Assembly: GCA_021796275.1 (NCBI GenBank) | Contig: JAJYOI010000002.1 | Span: 9,302 to 73,301, forward strand | DNA length: 64,000 nucleotides | Direction: 5' to 3' | DNA from: Bacteroidota bacterium | GTDB lineage: Bacteria; Bacteroidota; Ignavibacteria; UBA10030; UBA8401 | Part shown: one piece after another, positions 38,876-49,432 of the stretch | How positions within the stretch are numbered: position 1 is the first letter of the stretch | Layout of the letters: each line of letters starts with the position of its first letter | Position numbers and translations under genes: made by a program | Notes under the pieces: model-generated | What the model saw: the letters and a program-made list of their open reading frames with translations, nothing else | Databases searched by the model: none | Told to the model about the DNA's origin: nothing

Positions 38876-39529
38876 ATGTCCAGTTGTTGTATGTGCGCAG
38901 GCCGGTGCGAGCCGGCCAATAAATTTTTTTCTAAAATAGCGAAACACTATGCGCGGCGCTTTCGCCGGAGCGGATTGGGAAAAGAACAGCGCTTGCTTCT
39001 CGAAGGGATTCGCCGCGATTCCGTTCAGGGGAAACGCGTTCTTGATATTGGATGTGGAGTCGGCGCGCTTCATCTTTCACTTCTGAAAGAAGGCGCGGCG
39101 CATGCAACCGGTGTTGACGCTGCGGAAGGAATGGTGAAGAAAGCTCAGCTTCTTTCAGAAGAATTCGGCGTTGCAGAAAAAACCAACTACATTAACGGCG
39201 ATTTTGTTGAGTATGCGGAACAATTACACGATGCCGAAATTACAATGCTGGACAAAGTGGTCTGCTGCTACGAGGATGTTGAAACGCTGGTGAAGAAATC
39301 GACAGAAAAAACTGCGGCGGTGTACGCGTTGACGCATCCGAAAGAGAGTCTTTTTGTAAAGACGCTCTTCAAATCACACATTGCGCTCGCCGCCCTTTTT
39401 CGGTGGAAGTTTCATCCCTTCTGGCATGACTGGCAGAAAATGCGGGAGATGATTGTTGGCGAAGGCTTCACGTGCGTTTATGATAACTCGACAATGAGCT
39501 GGCGCGTGTTGGTGTACAAGCGTGTTTAA
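38876..39529 (+). CDS. Class I SAM-dependent methyltransferase with an N-terminal Cys cluster (CCMCAGRC).
   Basis: SAM motif I VLDIGCGVGALH. Confidence 0.65.
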   Translation: MSSCCMCAGRCEPANKFFSKIAKHYARRFRRSGLGKEQRLLLEGIRRDSVQGKRVLDIGCGVGALHLSLLKEGAAHATGVDAAEGMVKKAQLLSEEFGVAEKTNYINGDFVEYAEQLHDAEITMLDKVVCCYEDVETLVKKSTEKTAAVYALTHPKESLFVKTLFKSHIALAALFRWKFHPFWHDWQKMREMIVGEGFTCVYDNSTMSWRVLVYKRV

Positions 39530-39621
39530 AACGGAGCGTTTTTCCCGTAACGCTTCATGTTGCAACTCGGCGAAAATCTCTTTATATTAGTGCAACAAAA
39601 TTCAGGAAAGTGGAGGATTGA

Positions 39622-39843
39622 ATGAAAAAAGGAATTCACCCGGAATACAAGCGCGCAATTGTTACTTGTATTTGCGGAAATACTTTTGAGACACGTTCGA
39701 CGGTCGGAAATATTCATATTGAGATTTGTTCCAACTGCCATCCCTATTACACCGGCAAACAAAAATTAGTAGATTCAGCGGGCCGCGTAGAGCGTTTCAA
39801 TAAGAAATACGGAAAGAAAGCAGCAGCGGAAACGGCAGCATAA
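39622..39843 (+). CDS. rpmE: 50S ribosomal protein L31.
   Basis: MKKGIHPEY... with a CxxC...CxxC zinc ribbon. SD ggagga precedes the ATG. Confidence 0.9.
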   Translation: MKKGIHPEYKRAIVTCICGNTFETRSTVGNIHIEICSNCHPYYTGKQKLVDSAGRVERFNKKYGKKAAAETAA

Positions 39844-39877
39844 TTTTTGCCGTGTGTTATGGTGCGATTCGTTATAA

Positions 39878-39909
39878 CGGAATGTATGTCTCATGCATTC
39901 CGTTTTTTA
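39878..39909 (+). terminator. Rho-independent terminator after rpmE.
   Basis: cggaatg...cattccg stem followed by tttttt. Confidence 0.6.
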
Positions 39910-39967
39910 TTTAAGCCTTAGAGTGCACAACGAACTTCCACGCTCACCACAAATTTCGGAGGACGTT

Positions 39968-41239
39968 ATGTCTGCGCATATATGTATCTTTGAAGATATC
40001 AATCACACTCGTCTTTTTCCTCTTGTCTATTTCCGCCCCGTGTATAATCTCAAATGCGGAATTGTATCATTGAAGGAAAAAATTCTCCGCGAGTATGCCG
40101 GAGTTCCGTCAACGATTCACTGCCGCACGTATCTCGCAGATTATATGCGGTTAAGGAATCCGGGTGTTCATGTGAACGAAATTCCGGCGAAATCATGCCT
40201 CTTCATTAATGGAAGAATCATCGCGGATGAAAATCTTGCGAAGAAAATTCCGTTGGAAGGACCGCTTGATACGGTCTATATGAAGGGAGACCAGATTGTG
40301 GCGGCGCGCGTGAGCGGCGCAAAGTTCCGTGCGCTTAAAAATCATTTGAACAGCATCTACTCATTTTCCGATTTCAATGAATTGGACCGGAAGGAAATTG
40401 ATGTCACGCTTGTGAATTATCCGTGGGATTTGGTCGGTCATAACGGTGAAGAACTGCGGCGCGATTTTAAAATTTTGACAAAGGGAAAATCGAAGAAAAA
40501 ATCCCGCGGGAAAATTTATCCCGGGTCGCATTTTTTGAACAAGGCGCAAATCTTTATCGACGAAGGAACAGTGATCAAACCGGGATGCACGATTGATGCA
40601 GAAGAAGGCCCGGTCTACGTCGGAAAGAATGTCACAATTATGCCGCACGCCACTATTGTAGGCCCGGCGTACATCGGAGACGGTTCAATTATAAGAATTG
40701 GCGCACGCATTTATGAAGACACAAGCATCGGTCCTGTGTGCAAAGTCGGCGGTGAAGTGGAAGCATCAATCATTCACGGGTACTCGAACAAGCAGCACGA
40801 TGGTTTCATCGGACATTCGTACGTCGGCACGTGGGTAAATCTCGGCGCCGACACGAACAACAGCGACCTGAAAAACAATTACGGCCCTGTGAAGGTGTAC
40901 ATTAACGGCGATTTGGTTGACAGCGGTACACAGTTTGTCGGACTGACCATCGGCGATCATTCGAAGGCGGCGATTAATTCGATGTTCAATACGGGAACGG
41001 TTGTTGGTGTGTCGAGCAATATTTTCGGTTACGGTTTTCCGCCGAAATATGTTCCGTCGTTTTCCTGGGGCGCTGCCGGCGAAACGTTTACCACCTACAA
41101 TGTTGATCGCGCCATTGATGTAGCACGGCGGGTCATGGTGCGCCGGAAAATGTCGTTAACTGAGGTCGAAGAAAAACTCTTTCGAAAGATCTTTGACCTT
41201 ACTGTGGAAGAGCGGAAGAAACGCGGCATGCCGTCGTAA
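39968..41239 (+). CDS. Sugar-nucleotidyltransferase-like protein with a C-terminal left-handed beta-helix (hexapeptide repeat) domain (GlmU/G1P-TT C-terminal-like).
   Basis: C-terminal hexapeptide repeats (IGPVCKVGGEVEASII, VGTWVNLGADTN, IGDHSKAAINSMF). Start at ATG 39968. Confidence 0.6.
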   Translation: MSAHICIFEDINHTRLFPLVYFRPVYNLKCGIVSLKEKILREYAGVPSTIHCRTYLADYMRLRNPGVHVNEIPAKSCLFINGRIIADENLAKKIPLEGPLDTVYMKGDQIVAARVSGAKFRALKNHLNSIYSFSDFNELDRKEIDVTLVNYPWDLVGHNGEELRRDFKILTKGKSKKKSRGKIYPGSHFLNKAQIFIDEGTVIKPGCTIDAEEGPVYVGKNVTIMPHATIVGPAYIGDGSIIRIGARIYEDTSIGPVCKVGGEVEASIIHGYSNKQHDGFIGHSYVGTWVNLGADTNNSDLKNNYGPVKVYINGDLVDSGTQFVGLTIGDHSKAAINSMFNTGTVVGVSSNIFGYGFPPKYVPSFSWGAAGETFTTYNVDRAIDVARRVMVRRKMSLTEVEEKLFRKIFDLTVEERKKRGMPS

Positions 41240-41268
41240 TTGTATTTCAAGAATCTGAAGGAAACGTA

Positions 41269-42657
41269 ATGGACGTCGGAGAGCAAAAATTACTATTTCA
41301 TGGAGTGCGCGGAAGTGCGGTGAAAATTCTGAATCGCGTCGAACGCACCGATTCATACCTCGACAAACTTATTGATGCTGAGCTTAGGTCGAACGAAATC
41401 AATGACCTGGACAAAGCGCTCCTCGCTGAAATTGTTCACGGCGTTCTTCGCTGGCAAATGAAGCTTGATTGGGTGTTGAACGGTTTTTTTCACGGAAATT
41501 TTTCCAAAGCCGAAGTGACCGTGAAGAATGCTCTCCGCGCAGCGTTGTACCAAATCATGTATCTCGACAAAGTGCCGCATCATGCCGCCGTGAATGAAGG
41601 AGTGGAATTTGTCAAGCGCATTCGCGGCGAAAAAGCGGGGAATCTTGTCAATGCAGTGCTGCGCAACATCATCCGCAATATTGACGGTATTCATTACCCC
41701 GATGTAACGATTGACGCAGCGCAATATTTGGCAGTGATGTATTCGCATCCGCTGTGGATGGTTCGGCGCTGGTTCAATCGTTTTGGTTACGCCGAGACTG
41801 AAAAACTTTTGCAGGCACACAATGAAAAACCTCCGCTGACGCTGCGCATCAATACGTTGAAAACAGGAGTTGATAATTTTGCTGCGAACCTAGCTCAGCA
41901 AAATGTTACGTTCAACAAATCGCGTTATCTTGACCGCTTTGTCAAGCTGGCAAGTCTTTCCAATTTTACGCAGTCGGAGCTGTTCCGGCAAGGATATTTT
42001 TCTGTTCAGGATGAAAGCGCAGGCATTGCATGCCAGCTTCTCCATATTCAGCATGGCGAGCGGGTGATTGATTTATGTGCTGCACCGGGCGGCAAGACAA
42101 CATTTATTGGCGAGCAGCTAAAAAATACTGGCCGGATCATTGCCGTAGATAAGTATTCGACAAGGCTGGAACTTGTCAAAGCATCATGCCAGCGATTAGG
42201 AATTCAGAATGTAGAATTCCATGCGGCAGACGGCGCAGAATTCTCTGCCGAACCTGCCGATAAAGTTCTTGTCGATACGCCGTGTAGCGGGCTTGGCGTT
42301 TTGTCGAAAAAGCCGGACATCAAATTGAAACGCGAGCAGAAAGATATTGATGATCTCTGTGCACTTCAACTAGGTTTGCTTGATAACGCGGCGCGGTTAG
42401 TGAAGAGCAGCGGCGCGCTGGTGTACAGCACATGTACAATTGAGCCGGAAGAAAATTTCGGAGTTATCCGGAAGTTTCTCGAACGCCATTCCGAATTTAT
42501 CATCGACCGCGCCGATCAGTTTGTTTCTTCATCGTTGGTTTCTCCGGACGGTTATATTGAGACGTTTCCTCACAAACATGGAATGGACGGCTCGTTCTCG
42601 ATCCGGTTGAAAAAAGCGGCGCAAAGCGCCGTGGCGCCACAGGCGCTCACTTCATAA
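41269..42657 (+). CDS. rsmB: 16S rRNA (cytosine967-C5)-methyltransferase RsmB/Sun.
   Basis: NusB-like N-terminus and motifs [23 protein letters not shown]. Confidence 0.85.
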   Translation: MDVGEQKLLFHGVRGSAVKILNRVERTDSYLDKLIDAELRSNEINDLDKALLAEIVHGVLRWQMKLDWVLNGFFHGNFSKAEVTVKNALRAALYQIMYLDKVPHHAAVNEGVEFVKRIRGEKAGNLVNAVLRNIIRNIDGIHYPDVTIDAAQYLAVMYSHPLWMVRRWFNRFGYAETEKLLQAHNEKPPLTLRINTLKTGVDNFAANLAQQNVTFNKSRYLDRFVKLASLSNFTQSELFRQGYFSVQDESAGIACQLLHIQHGERVIDLCAAPGGKTTFIGEQLKNTGRIIAVDKYSTRLELVKASCQRLGIQNVEFHAADGAEFSAEPADKVLVDTPCSGLGVLSKKPDIKLKREQKDIDDLCALQLGLLDNAARLVKSSGALVYSTCTIEPEENFGVIRKFLERHSEFIIDRADQFVSSSLVSPDGYIETFPHKHGMDGSFSIRLKKAAQSAVAPQALTS

Positions 42658-42703
42658 TTACCGCGGAGATCAATACCGCATTGTTTACATCAAGGAACAT
42701 GTC

Positions 42704-43921
42704 ATGAACTATCTTGAACTTGTAACGTCAGAGTTGTCACGCATTCGCGAGGCAAATACTTTCAAATATGAAACACCGCTGGAATCTGCCCAAGCCGGCA
42801 TTGTGAAAGTCAACGGAAAGCCGGTTGTGATGCTTGGCTCGAACAATTATCTCGGTATGTCGAATCACCCGGTTGTCCGCAAAGCGGCAATCGAAGGAAT
42901 AAAAAAATACGGCTACGGTGTTGCATCGGTGCGTTTTATTTGCGGCACGCAAACAATTCACCTCGAGCTTGAAAAGAAGATTTCACGGTTCGTCGGTGCT
43001 GAAGACACAATTCTCTTTTCATCATGCTTTGCCGCGAATGAAGGATTCTTTGCATCGCTTGTGAATGATGGAATGGGAGTCGGGAATTATAAAGATGCGA
43101 TCTATACCGACCGATTGAATCACGCAAGTATCATTGACGGAATGCGTTTATGCAAACCTGAAACGGCCGATAAGAAAATTTATAATCACGGCAATGCTGC
43201 ACATCTTGCGCAATTGCTCGAAGAAGACAAAGACAAAGAATATCGGTTGCGCATCATTGCGACCGACGGCGTTTTCAGTATGGAAGGCGATCTTGCGCCG
43301 CTCGACAAACTTGTTGATGTTGCACAAAAGTTCGGCGCAATTTTATTTGTTGATGACTCTCACGCCATTGGTGTTGTTGGAAAACGCGGGCGAGGGACTC
43401 CGGAACATTTCGGTGTGCTTGGTAAGGTCGATGTCATTTCAGGTACGCTTGGTAAAGCGATTGGCGGAGCCGCCGGCGGCTATGTGAGCGGGAAGAAAGA
43501 ATTAATTTCTTATCTTCGGCAGAAATCTCGTCCCTACACATTTTCGAATTCTCTTCCGCCCGCAATTGTTGCCGCCTGTATTGCCGCACTTGATTTGTTG
43601 ACAAAAGACAAATCCATTGTTCAGCGGCTTCATACAAACACTGCATATTTCCGGAAAGAAATCAAAGCGCTCGGTTTTACAATTCTTGAAGGCGAACATC
43701 CGATAGTTCCGATCATGATGGGCGAAGCAGCACGAGCGCAGGAAATGAGCGCCGCATTGTTGAAAGCAGGCGTGTACATCAAAGGGCTGTGGTTCCCGGT
43801 TGTTCCAAAAGGCGAAGCGCGGCTGCGGGCACAGATTTCAGCCGCATTAACAAAAAAAGATATTGATCGTGCGTTGAATGCGTTTGAATCAGTGGGAAAG
43901 AAAATGAGGGTGATTGCTTAG
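42704..43921 (+). CDS. kbl: Glycine C-acetyltransferase (2-amino-3-ketobutyrate CoA ligase); BioF is the alternative assignment.
   Basis: PLP-dependent acyl-CoA transferase family; [15 protein letters not shown] lysine region; [14 protein letters not shown]. Confidence 0.75.
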   Translation: MNYLELVTSELSRIREANTFKYETPLESAQAGIVKVNGKPVVMLGSNNYLGMSNHPVVRKAAIEGIKKYGYGVASVRFICGTQTIHLELEKKISRFVGAEDTILFSSCFAANEGFFASLVNDGMGVGNYKDAIYTDRLNHASIIDGMRLCKPETADKKIYNHGNAAHLAQLLEEDKDKEYRLRIIATDGVFSMEGDLAPLDKLVDVAQKFGAILFVDDSHAIGVVGKRGRGTPEHFGVLGKVDVISGTLGKAIGGAAGGYVSGKKELISYLRQKSRPYTFSNSLPPAIVAACIAALDLLTKDKSIVQRLHTNTAYFRKEIKALGFTILEGEHPIVPIMMGEAARAQEMSAALLKAGVYIKGLWFPVVPKGEARLRAQISAALTKKDIDRALNAFESVGKKMRVIA

Positions 43922-44040
43922 GGAAACTTCTGTTTTTTCTGCGGTATACCGCGGTCGCATTATAAAATCACTCGATGAATAATGAAAAAAGATTAACTGT
44001 TTTTTAATCTGCAAAACGATTAATTTTCACGATACTGTTG

Positions 44041-45195
44041 ATGTTCAGCATGCATCGTCACGACACACAACGTTATCTATTTATTGACCTTCTGCGCTTC
44101 GGTGCTGTAGTGTTTATGCTGCAAGGGCATACGTTTGACGCTCTGCTTGCATCTTCTGTAAAACATTCCTCATTTTTTTATCTTCACGATTTTTTTCATG
44201 GTCTGATTGCGCCGATGTTTTTGTTCTCATCCGGCGTTGCATTTGGTGTTTCCACTTTTAAAAAATGGCAGGAACATCTTTCTTTCACCCGTGTTGTACG
44301 CAAACGGATTGCGCGATTCACAGGGTTGATTGTCGTCGGCTATGCGCTTCACCTCCCGTTTTTTTCACTGAATAAAATTCTTCATGACAGTACTGCGCAG
44401 GAAATGGCGGCGTTTCTCCAGGTCGATGCCCTGCAATGTATTGCTGTGACATTGCTTTTTTTACAAATACTTATCCTTATTGTTCGCACCGAAAAACGAT
44501 TAGTCTTATTCGCTGTAATTATTGCCCCGCTTATCGTTTTTATTTCTCCAATCATCTGGAATATTTCATTTCAGCACTCGCTTCCTTTGTGGTTAGGCTC
44601 GTATTTGAATGCAGAAAATAATTCGTGGTTTCCGCTTGTTCCATGGTCCACCTATCTGCTGTTCGGAGTAACATTTGCGCACGCGTTTGTTTATGCGAAA
44701 GAAAATGGCGAAGCTTCACTTTTGATGAAGCGCGTTGCTGCGGGTGGAGTAATCGTGATTATAGGTATGGTGATGCTTGCAAACATTCCTTTCCATCTTT
44801 ACGGACCGCATGATTTCTGGAAAGTCAACCCGACAGTGCTGTTTGCCAGAACTGCGTTTGTTGCAACGATGGCGTGCTGTTTGTATTTCGTCGAACAATT
44901 GGTACATATTCCAACACGACTTCCTATGATTATGGGAAGTGAATCTCTTGTGATTTATGTGTTGCACTTGATTATTATTTACGGTTCTGTTATCAATAAT
45001 GGTCTGCAATATTCGCTTGGGGGAAAACTTTCTCTCGTTGAAGCCATCGGGGTTTTTCTTTTGGTTCTTGTGGCAATGTCGACATTTGCTTATATTTGGC
45101 ACAGTTTAAAAATGAACTTCCGGCGTGAATCGGTTCTGCTGAAGTTTGCATTAACGGCCACTTTTCTTTTTTATTTCGTCACTCGTCCCTATTAA
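44041..45195 (+). CDS. DUF1624 / HGSNAT-like membrane acyltransferase-family protein (paralog 1).
   Basis: N-terminal R..FIDLLRFGAVVFML motif typical of DUF1624, plus about 9 further TM helices. Confidence 0.55.
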   Translation: MFSMHRHDTQRYLFIDLLRFGAVVFMLQGHTFDALLASSVKHSSFFYLHDFFHGLIAPMFLFSSGVAFGVSTFKKWQEHLSFTRVVRKRIARFTGLIVVGYALHLPFFSLNKILHDSTAQEMAAFLQVDALQCIAVTLLFLQILILIVRTEKRLVLFAVIIAPLIVFISPIIWNISFQHSLPLWLGSYLNAENNSWFPLVPWSTYLLFGVTFAHAFVYAKENGEASLLMKRVAAGGVIVIIGMVMLANIPFHLYGPHDFWKVNPTVLFARTAFVATMACCLYFVEQLVHIPTRLPMIMGSESLVIYVLHLIIIYGSVINNGLQYSLGGKLSLVEAIGVFLLVLVAMSTFAYIWHSLKMNFRRESVLLKFALTATFLFYFVTRPY

Positions 45196-45245
45196 TTTTT
45201 GTCTTCTCAGTTTGATATGCAGAGACTTGCGAGCGAAAAATTCTA

Positions 45246-46391
45246 ATGTCTGAGTCCAAACCTCGGTACGTGTACATTGACTTGTTGCGCGGATGGGCAG
45301 TTTTGGTGATGGTTGAAACTCACGTTGTTAATGCATTTCTCTTACCATCAATTCGGGATGAATCGTGGTTCAAAGTTTTGAATTTTATTAACGGCATTGT
45401 TGCGCCGTCTTTCCTTTTTGTTGCCGGATTTGCCTTTGCGTTCATCGCGCCGCGTAAATGGGACGGCTATCTCGCATTCAATAAAGTATTTTGGAAGCAG
45501 GTGGAAAGAATTCTTCAAGTGTGGCTCGTCGGTTACGCTCTTCACATCCCGTTTTTCTCTTTTAATAAATTGATGAAATATATTACGCCGGAAGAAATGC
45601 TGCCGTTCTGGCACGTAGATGTTCTTCACTGCATAGCGTTTTCGCTTGCCCTGCTTTTGGCGTGTGTTTTTATCGGACGAACGCAGAAAAGATTTTTCTG
45701 GATCGTGGTCTTTTTGTTTCTGGCAACAGTTTTTTCCGCGCCTATCCTTTGGACAACGAACGTTGACACCATACTTCCGTTGCCGGCTGCAATGTATGTC
45801 AATGCGCTGCACGGCTCATTGTTTCCGTTGTTTCCATGGATGGCGTTTGTGTTGGGCGGCTCCGTTGCCGGGCAGATTCTTGTGTGGGCGAGAGAAAAAA
45901 ATGCCGAATCGCTGTTCTTCAAATATGTCTTTTTCGGCGGTGCTGCACTGATTCTTCTTTCACTTCTCGTCGAAGTTATTCCGTTCCATCTTTATCCTCC
46001 GCATGATTTTTGGCATGCAAGCCCGGAGTTTTTTTTCGTTCGGTTCGGCATTGTGATGATCATTCTTGCAACGCTGTGGTATTGGGAAAAGGTGGCACAC
46101 TCCGGCCGTTCGATGGCAAGCATTGTCGGCATGGAATCGCTCGTGACATACGCGGGACATTTACTTGTGATCTATGGATTGTTTTTTGGCGGGCACAGTC
46201 TTTCATATCTTATCGGGCAAACGCGTTCGCTTATTGAAGTTGTTGGAATGACGATCATACTTCTTGCTGCGACGATTGTTGCGGCGTACGTGTGGAATGG
46301 ATTGAAAAAAAGAAGTATGTTACAGGCGCGAGCGCTTCAATATTCTTTGTTTGTCATCGCTTTGTATGTTTTCTTCACAAAGCCCTATTGA
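45246..46391 (+). CDS. DUF1624 / HGSNAT-like membrane acyltransferase-family protein (paralog 2, tandem duplicate).
   Basis: RYVYIDLLRGWAVLVMV and colinear similarity to the upstream paralog (GYALHIPFFS, HLYPPHDFW). Confidence 0.55.
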   Translation: MSESKPRYVYIDLLRGWAVLVMVETHVVNAFLLPSIRDESWFKVLNFINGIVAPSFLFVAGFAFAFIAPRKWDGYLAFNKVFWKQVERILQVWLVGYALHIPFFSFNKLMKYITPEEMLPFWHVDVLHCIAFSLALLLACVFIGRTQKRFFWIVVFLFLATVFSAPILWTTNVDTILPLPAAMYVNALHGSLFPLFPWMAFVLGGSVAGQILVWAREKNAESLFFKYVFFGGAALILLSLLVEVIPFHLYPPHDFWHASPEFFFVRFGIVMIILATLWYWEKVAHSGRSMASIVGMESLVTYAGHLLVIYGLFFGGHSLSYLIGQTRSLIEVVGMTIILLAATIVAAYVWNGLKKRSMLQARALQYSLFVIALYVFFTKPY

Positions 46392-46411
46392 TTTTCCGGA
46401 TATCGTCGATT

Positions 46412-47587
46412 ATGGAAACTCTTTCAATTCTCCTTTTGATCATTATTATCGGTCTCGTGGCAGTGCTATTTTTTCGGGTACGCAGCACGCGCTCCGATCT
46501 TCCGGAGCAATCTGCCTTGATTATGCAGCAGCAGATCGACGGCATGCGTAACGAGCTTTCGCAAAGTTTGAAATTCACAACAGAAGCAGTTGCCCGAAAT
46601 TTAAAAGATACCTCTGATACGCTTTTCCAGAGCATGAGAACGACAACGGAGAATGTGAATCAACAGATCGGCATGGTGATACAGACTGTGCAAAAAACCA
46701 CGGAGCAGCTAAATCAACAGCTTTCTTCACAAACGAATACGATTGGCACACGGCTGGATACTGCGGCGAAAGTGATTCAGGATTTAAAACAAAGCCAGGG
46801 AGAAGTGATGGAAGCAGGGCGACAGATGAAAGAACTTGCCGAAGGTATGTCGTCGTTGGAAAGTTTGTTGAAGGCTCCGAAGATGCGCGGCGGGCTTGGG
46901 GAGTTACTTCTTGAAGATCTTTTAAAGCAAGTGCTTCCCGCTGCATCGTACGCAACGCAGCACCGTTTTCGCAACGGAAATACCGTGGATGCTATTGTGC
47001 GTACGGCGAACGGCATTATTCCCATTGATTCAAAATTTCCGCTAGAAAATTTCCGCAAGATGATTGAAGCGCACACCGACGGAGAAAAGAAATCGTACTA
47101 TAAACTGTTTGTCGGCGATGTGAAAAAACATATTGACGCAATTGCACAGAAATATATTGCTCCTGATGAAGGGACATTTGATTTTGCGCTCATGTATATT
47201 CCTGCGGAAAATATTTATTACGAAACAATCATCAAAAATGATAACTATGACGACGAGACGAGCATTTATAACTACGGCGTCTCGCGCCGTGTGTTTTCGG
47301 TTTCACCCAACACGTTTTATGCGCAATTGCATGTGATTGCACTTGGCTTCAAAGGAATGGAAGTCGAGAAGAGTGCGAAGCAAATTATTCAGAATCTTGC
47401 CCGCCTGCAAGGAGATCTTCAGCGTTTTGCTGATGATTTTGAAACTGTCGGCAAGCATTTAACAAACGCAAAAAACAAATTTGATGATGCTTCACGGCGG
47501 CTTGATACATTTGAAGAGAAACTGCGTCAATCTTCAGCGAACGCATTGTCAGGCAACGAGGGGACGCAGGGAGAATTGCTGGAATAA
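46412..47587 (+). CDS. rmuC: DNA recombination protein RmuC.
   Basis: N-terminal TM, long coiled coil, C-terminal RmuC nuclease-like domain (DAIVRTANGIIPIDSKFPLENF). Start at ATG 46412. Confidence 0.85.
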   Translation: METLSILLLIIIIGLVAVLFFRVRSTRSDLPEQSALIMQQQIDGMRNELSQSLKFTTEAVARNLKDTSDTLFQSMRTTTENVNQQIGMVIQTVQKTTEQLNQQLSSQTNTIGTRLDTAAKVIQDLKQSQGEVMEAGRQMKELAEGMSSLESLLKAPKMRGGLGELLLEDLLKQVLPAASYATQHRFRNGNTVDAIVRTANGIIPIDSKFPLENFRKMIEAHTDGEKKSYYKLFVGDVKKHIDAIAQKYIAPDEGTFDFALMYIPAENIYYETIIKNDNYDDETSIYNYGVSRRVFSVSPNTFYAQLHVIALGFKGMEVEKSAKQIIQNLARLQGDLQRFADDFETVGKHLTNAKNKFDDASRRLDTFEEKLRQSSANALSGNEGTQGELLE

Positions 47588-47697
47588 TTATCGCGCTACA
47601 GCCTTGCGCTATTGGTGCCAATCTTTTATGGTTGCAGAATCCGGGCAGTCTGATACGGGAAGAAGTTTTTTCTCAATCACAACTTTAGGAGTCAGCG

Positions 47698-48111
47698 ATG
47701 ATCAAATGGAAACTGATTTTGAGTTTATCGCTCGTCGGAGTTGTAGTAGCGATAGCCGGGGTATTTGGATTGATGGGGAAAATTGAACCATTGTTATGGC
47801 TTGTCATCTTTGTTTTCTACGCAATCGTTATTGTGAAAAAAACGGGCGGCAGGTTTTTTCTTCACGGCTTTCTTGTTAGTGTAATTAATGGCGTGTGGAT
47901 TGCACTCATTCATTCTTTATTTTTTTCTACTTATATGGCAAACAATCCCGATATGGTTGCCAGCTATCAGAAATTTCCACAATCCATTCCTCCTCAAGCC
48001 ATGATGTTGATCGTCGGGCCGGTCATTGGTGCTGTGACCGGGCTTGTTGCGGGACTGTTCGCATTTATCGCCGGTAAATTTGTGAAAAAGCAGGGTACCG
48101 TTTTGTCGTGA
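47698..48111 (+). CDS. Small integral membrane protein (4 TM), unknown function.
   Basis: 137 aa, highly hydrophobic. Confidence 0.4.
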   Translation: MIKWKLILSLSLVGVVVAIAGVFGLMGKIEPLLWLVIFVFYAIVIVKKTGGRFFLHGFLVSVINGVWIALIHSLFFSTYMANNPDMVASYQKFPQSIPPQAMMLIVGPVIGAVTGLVAGLFAFIAGKFVKKQGTVLS

Positions 48112-48168
48112 CAAATTATTTTCACTTCACGGGACAGCATTATTATCAAACTTACGCAAGAAGGTTTT

Positions 48169-48594
48169 ATGAAAAGCAGTAAGTTTTGGATAGCGGTATT
48201 GGCTGGCGGGGTGGCTGCAAACGTCCTAGATTTTCTAGTTTAAGGTATGTGGTTTGGTACTTCGTATTACAGCAAAATGCCTGAACTTTTTAACACGGAG
48301 GGAAACATTGTAAACTTCATCATCGGTGATTTTGTTGCAGTTTTTGTTCTGGCGTGGGTGTACGACAGAGTGTCGGGAAGTTTTGCTGGCGGAACAAAAG
48401 GAGGAATGACCTTCGGGCTTTACGCGGGCGTTTTTCTTAATTTTCCGGGATGGATTTTTATTCATCTCATGATTCGTAATTTTCCCTATGGCATTGCGTG
48501 GATTAATACGATTTACGGAATTATTTGGACTGTTGTTATTGGTGCAGTGGTGGGGCAGATGATGAAGAAGTCAGAGCCAGCGCCGACAGCGTAA
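48169..48594 (+). pseudogene. DUF1761-like small membrane protein gene interrupted by an in-frame TAA at 48241-48243.
   Basis: ATG 48169 opens MKSSKFWIAVLAGGVAANVLDFLV, then TAA, then the same frame continues GMWFGTSYYSKMPE... to 48594. Both halves together resemble one DUF1761-type protein (family resemblance recalled from memory). Confidence 0.45.
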
Positions 48595-48689
48595 ATTTTT
48601 GAGCTGCTTTGTGATTAGCCACAGAGAACACGGAGACTTACGGTCAAGATTGTAAGAGAACACCTTGTGGCTACAAACCTTCCAAGCCG

Positions 48690-48724
48690 AATATAAAAAA
48701 TAAGTCCCGCCATGCAGCGGGACT
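48690..48724 (-). terminator. Rho-independent terminator for tRNA-Val.
   Basis: On the minus strand: cagtcccgc-tgcatg-gcgggact followed by tattttttat. Confidence 0.7.
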
Positions 48725-48742
48725 GTCGTTCTTCTTACTTTG

Positions 48743-48816
48743 TGGGCGTTGTAGGAGTTGAACCTACGACCTTTCGCGTGTGAGGCGAACGCTCTAAACC
48801 ACTGAGCTAAACGCCC
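48743..48816 (-). tRNA. tRNA-Val (anticodon CAC).
   Basis: Reverse complement GGGCGTTTAGCTCAGTGGTTTAGAGCGTTCGCCTCACACGCGAAAGGTCGTAGGTTCAACTCCTACAACGCCCA folds as a cloverleaf with a 7/5/5/5 architecture. Anticodon loop CTCACAC; T-loop GTTCAACT. Confidence 0.8.
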
Positions 48817-48899
48817 AAGGTATGCTTCAATTCGGAATCATAGTATGAAATATTTTGAAGAGAAGCAAATTACACCAGATAATCGGATTGTTTTCAAAA

Positions 48900-49394
48900 C
48901 TATTTTGCCGCGCGTGCGGCAAGCTGGCGATCCAACATTAAGAGCGCCGGCCCATTTTCTCCGACCATTGTGAGAAGCTGAATAATTTCTCCGGCGGTTT
49001 TTTCCTCTTCAAGCTGTTCTGTGATGAACCATTCAAGCATGATCTGTGTCGGATAATCTTTTTCTTTAACGGCAAGTTCATACAGCGCATTGATCATTCC
49101 GGTGACTTTCTTTTCATGATCAAGCACATGCTTGAACAATTCCATCGGAGATTTGAACTTTGACTGCGGCTTCACAAGCGCTTGAAGTTCAACGTGGCTG
49201 TTGCGCTCCAAGATGTACGAAAAGAATTTCATTGCATGGGTCTGCTCTTCGCCGCTTTGAACTCGCATCCAGCTTGCAAATCCGGGCAAGCTCGATTCGG
49301 CGCAGTACGCAGACATCGAAAGATAAAGGTAGGAAGAGAACATCTCGTTCTTTATTTGTTCATTAAGCGCGTCCTGAATGGTTTTGGAAAGCAT
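48900..49394 (-). CDS. ftn: Non-heme ferritin (Ftn).
   Basis: Ferroxidase-centre residues in SGEEQTHAMKFF...HEKKVT; ferritin-like four-helix pattern. Confidence 0.9.
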   Translation of the reverse strand: MLSKTIQDALNEQIKNEMFSSYLYLSMSAYCAESSLPGFASWMRVQSGEEQTHAMKFFSYILERNSHVELQALVKPQSKFKSPMELFKHVLDHEKKVTGMINALYELAVKEKDYPTQIMLEWFITEQLEEEKTAGEIIQLLTMVGENGPALLMLDRQLAARAAK

Positions 49395-49415
49395 GGCAAC
49401 ACCTTTCTCTGTTAG

Positions 49416-49432
49416 TTCATTATGTTAATGAA
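49416..49432. promoter_or_regulatory. Perfect 7-3-7 palindrome TTCATTAtgtTAATGAA, 22 bp upstream of the ferritin start codon: candidate Fur/PerR-family operator.
   Basis: Read directly from the sequence, in the ferritin/nth divergent intergenic region. Confidence 0.4.
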
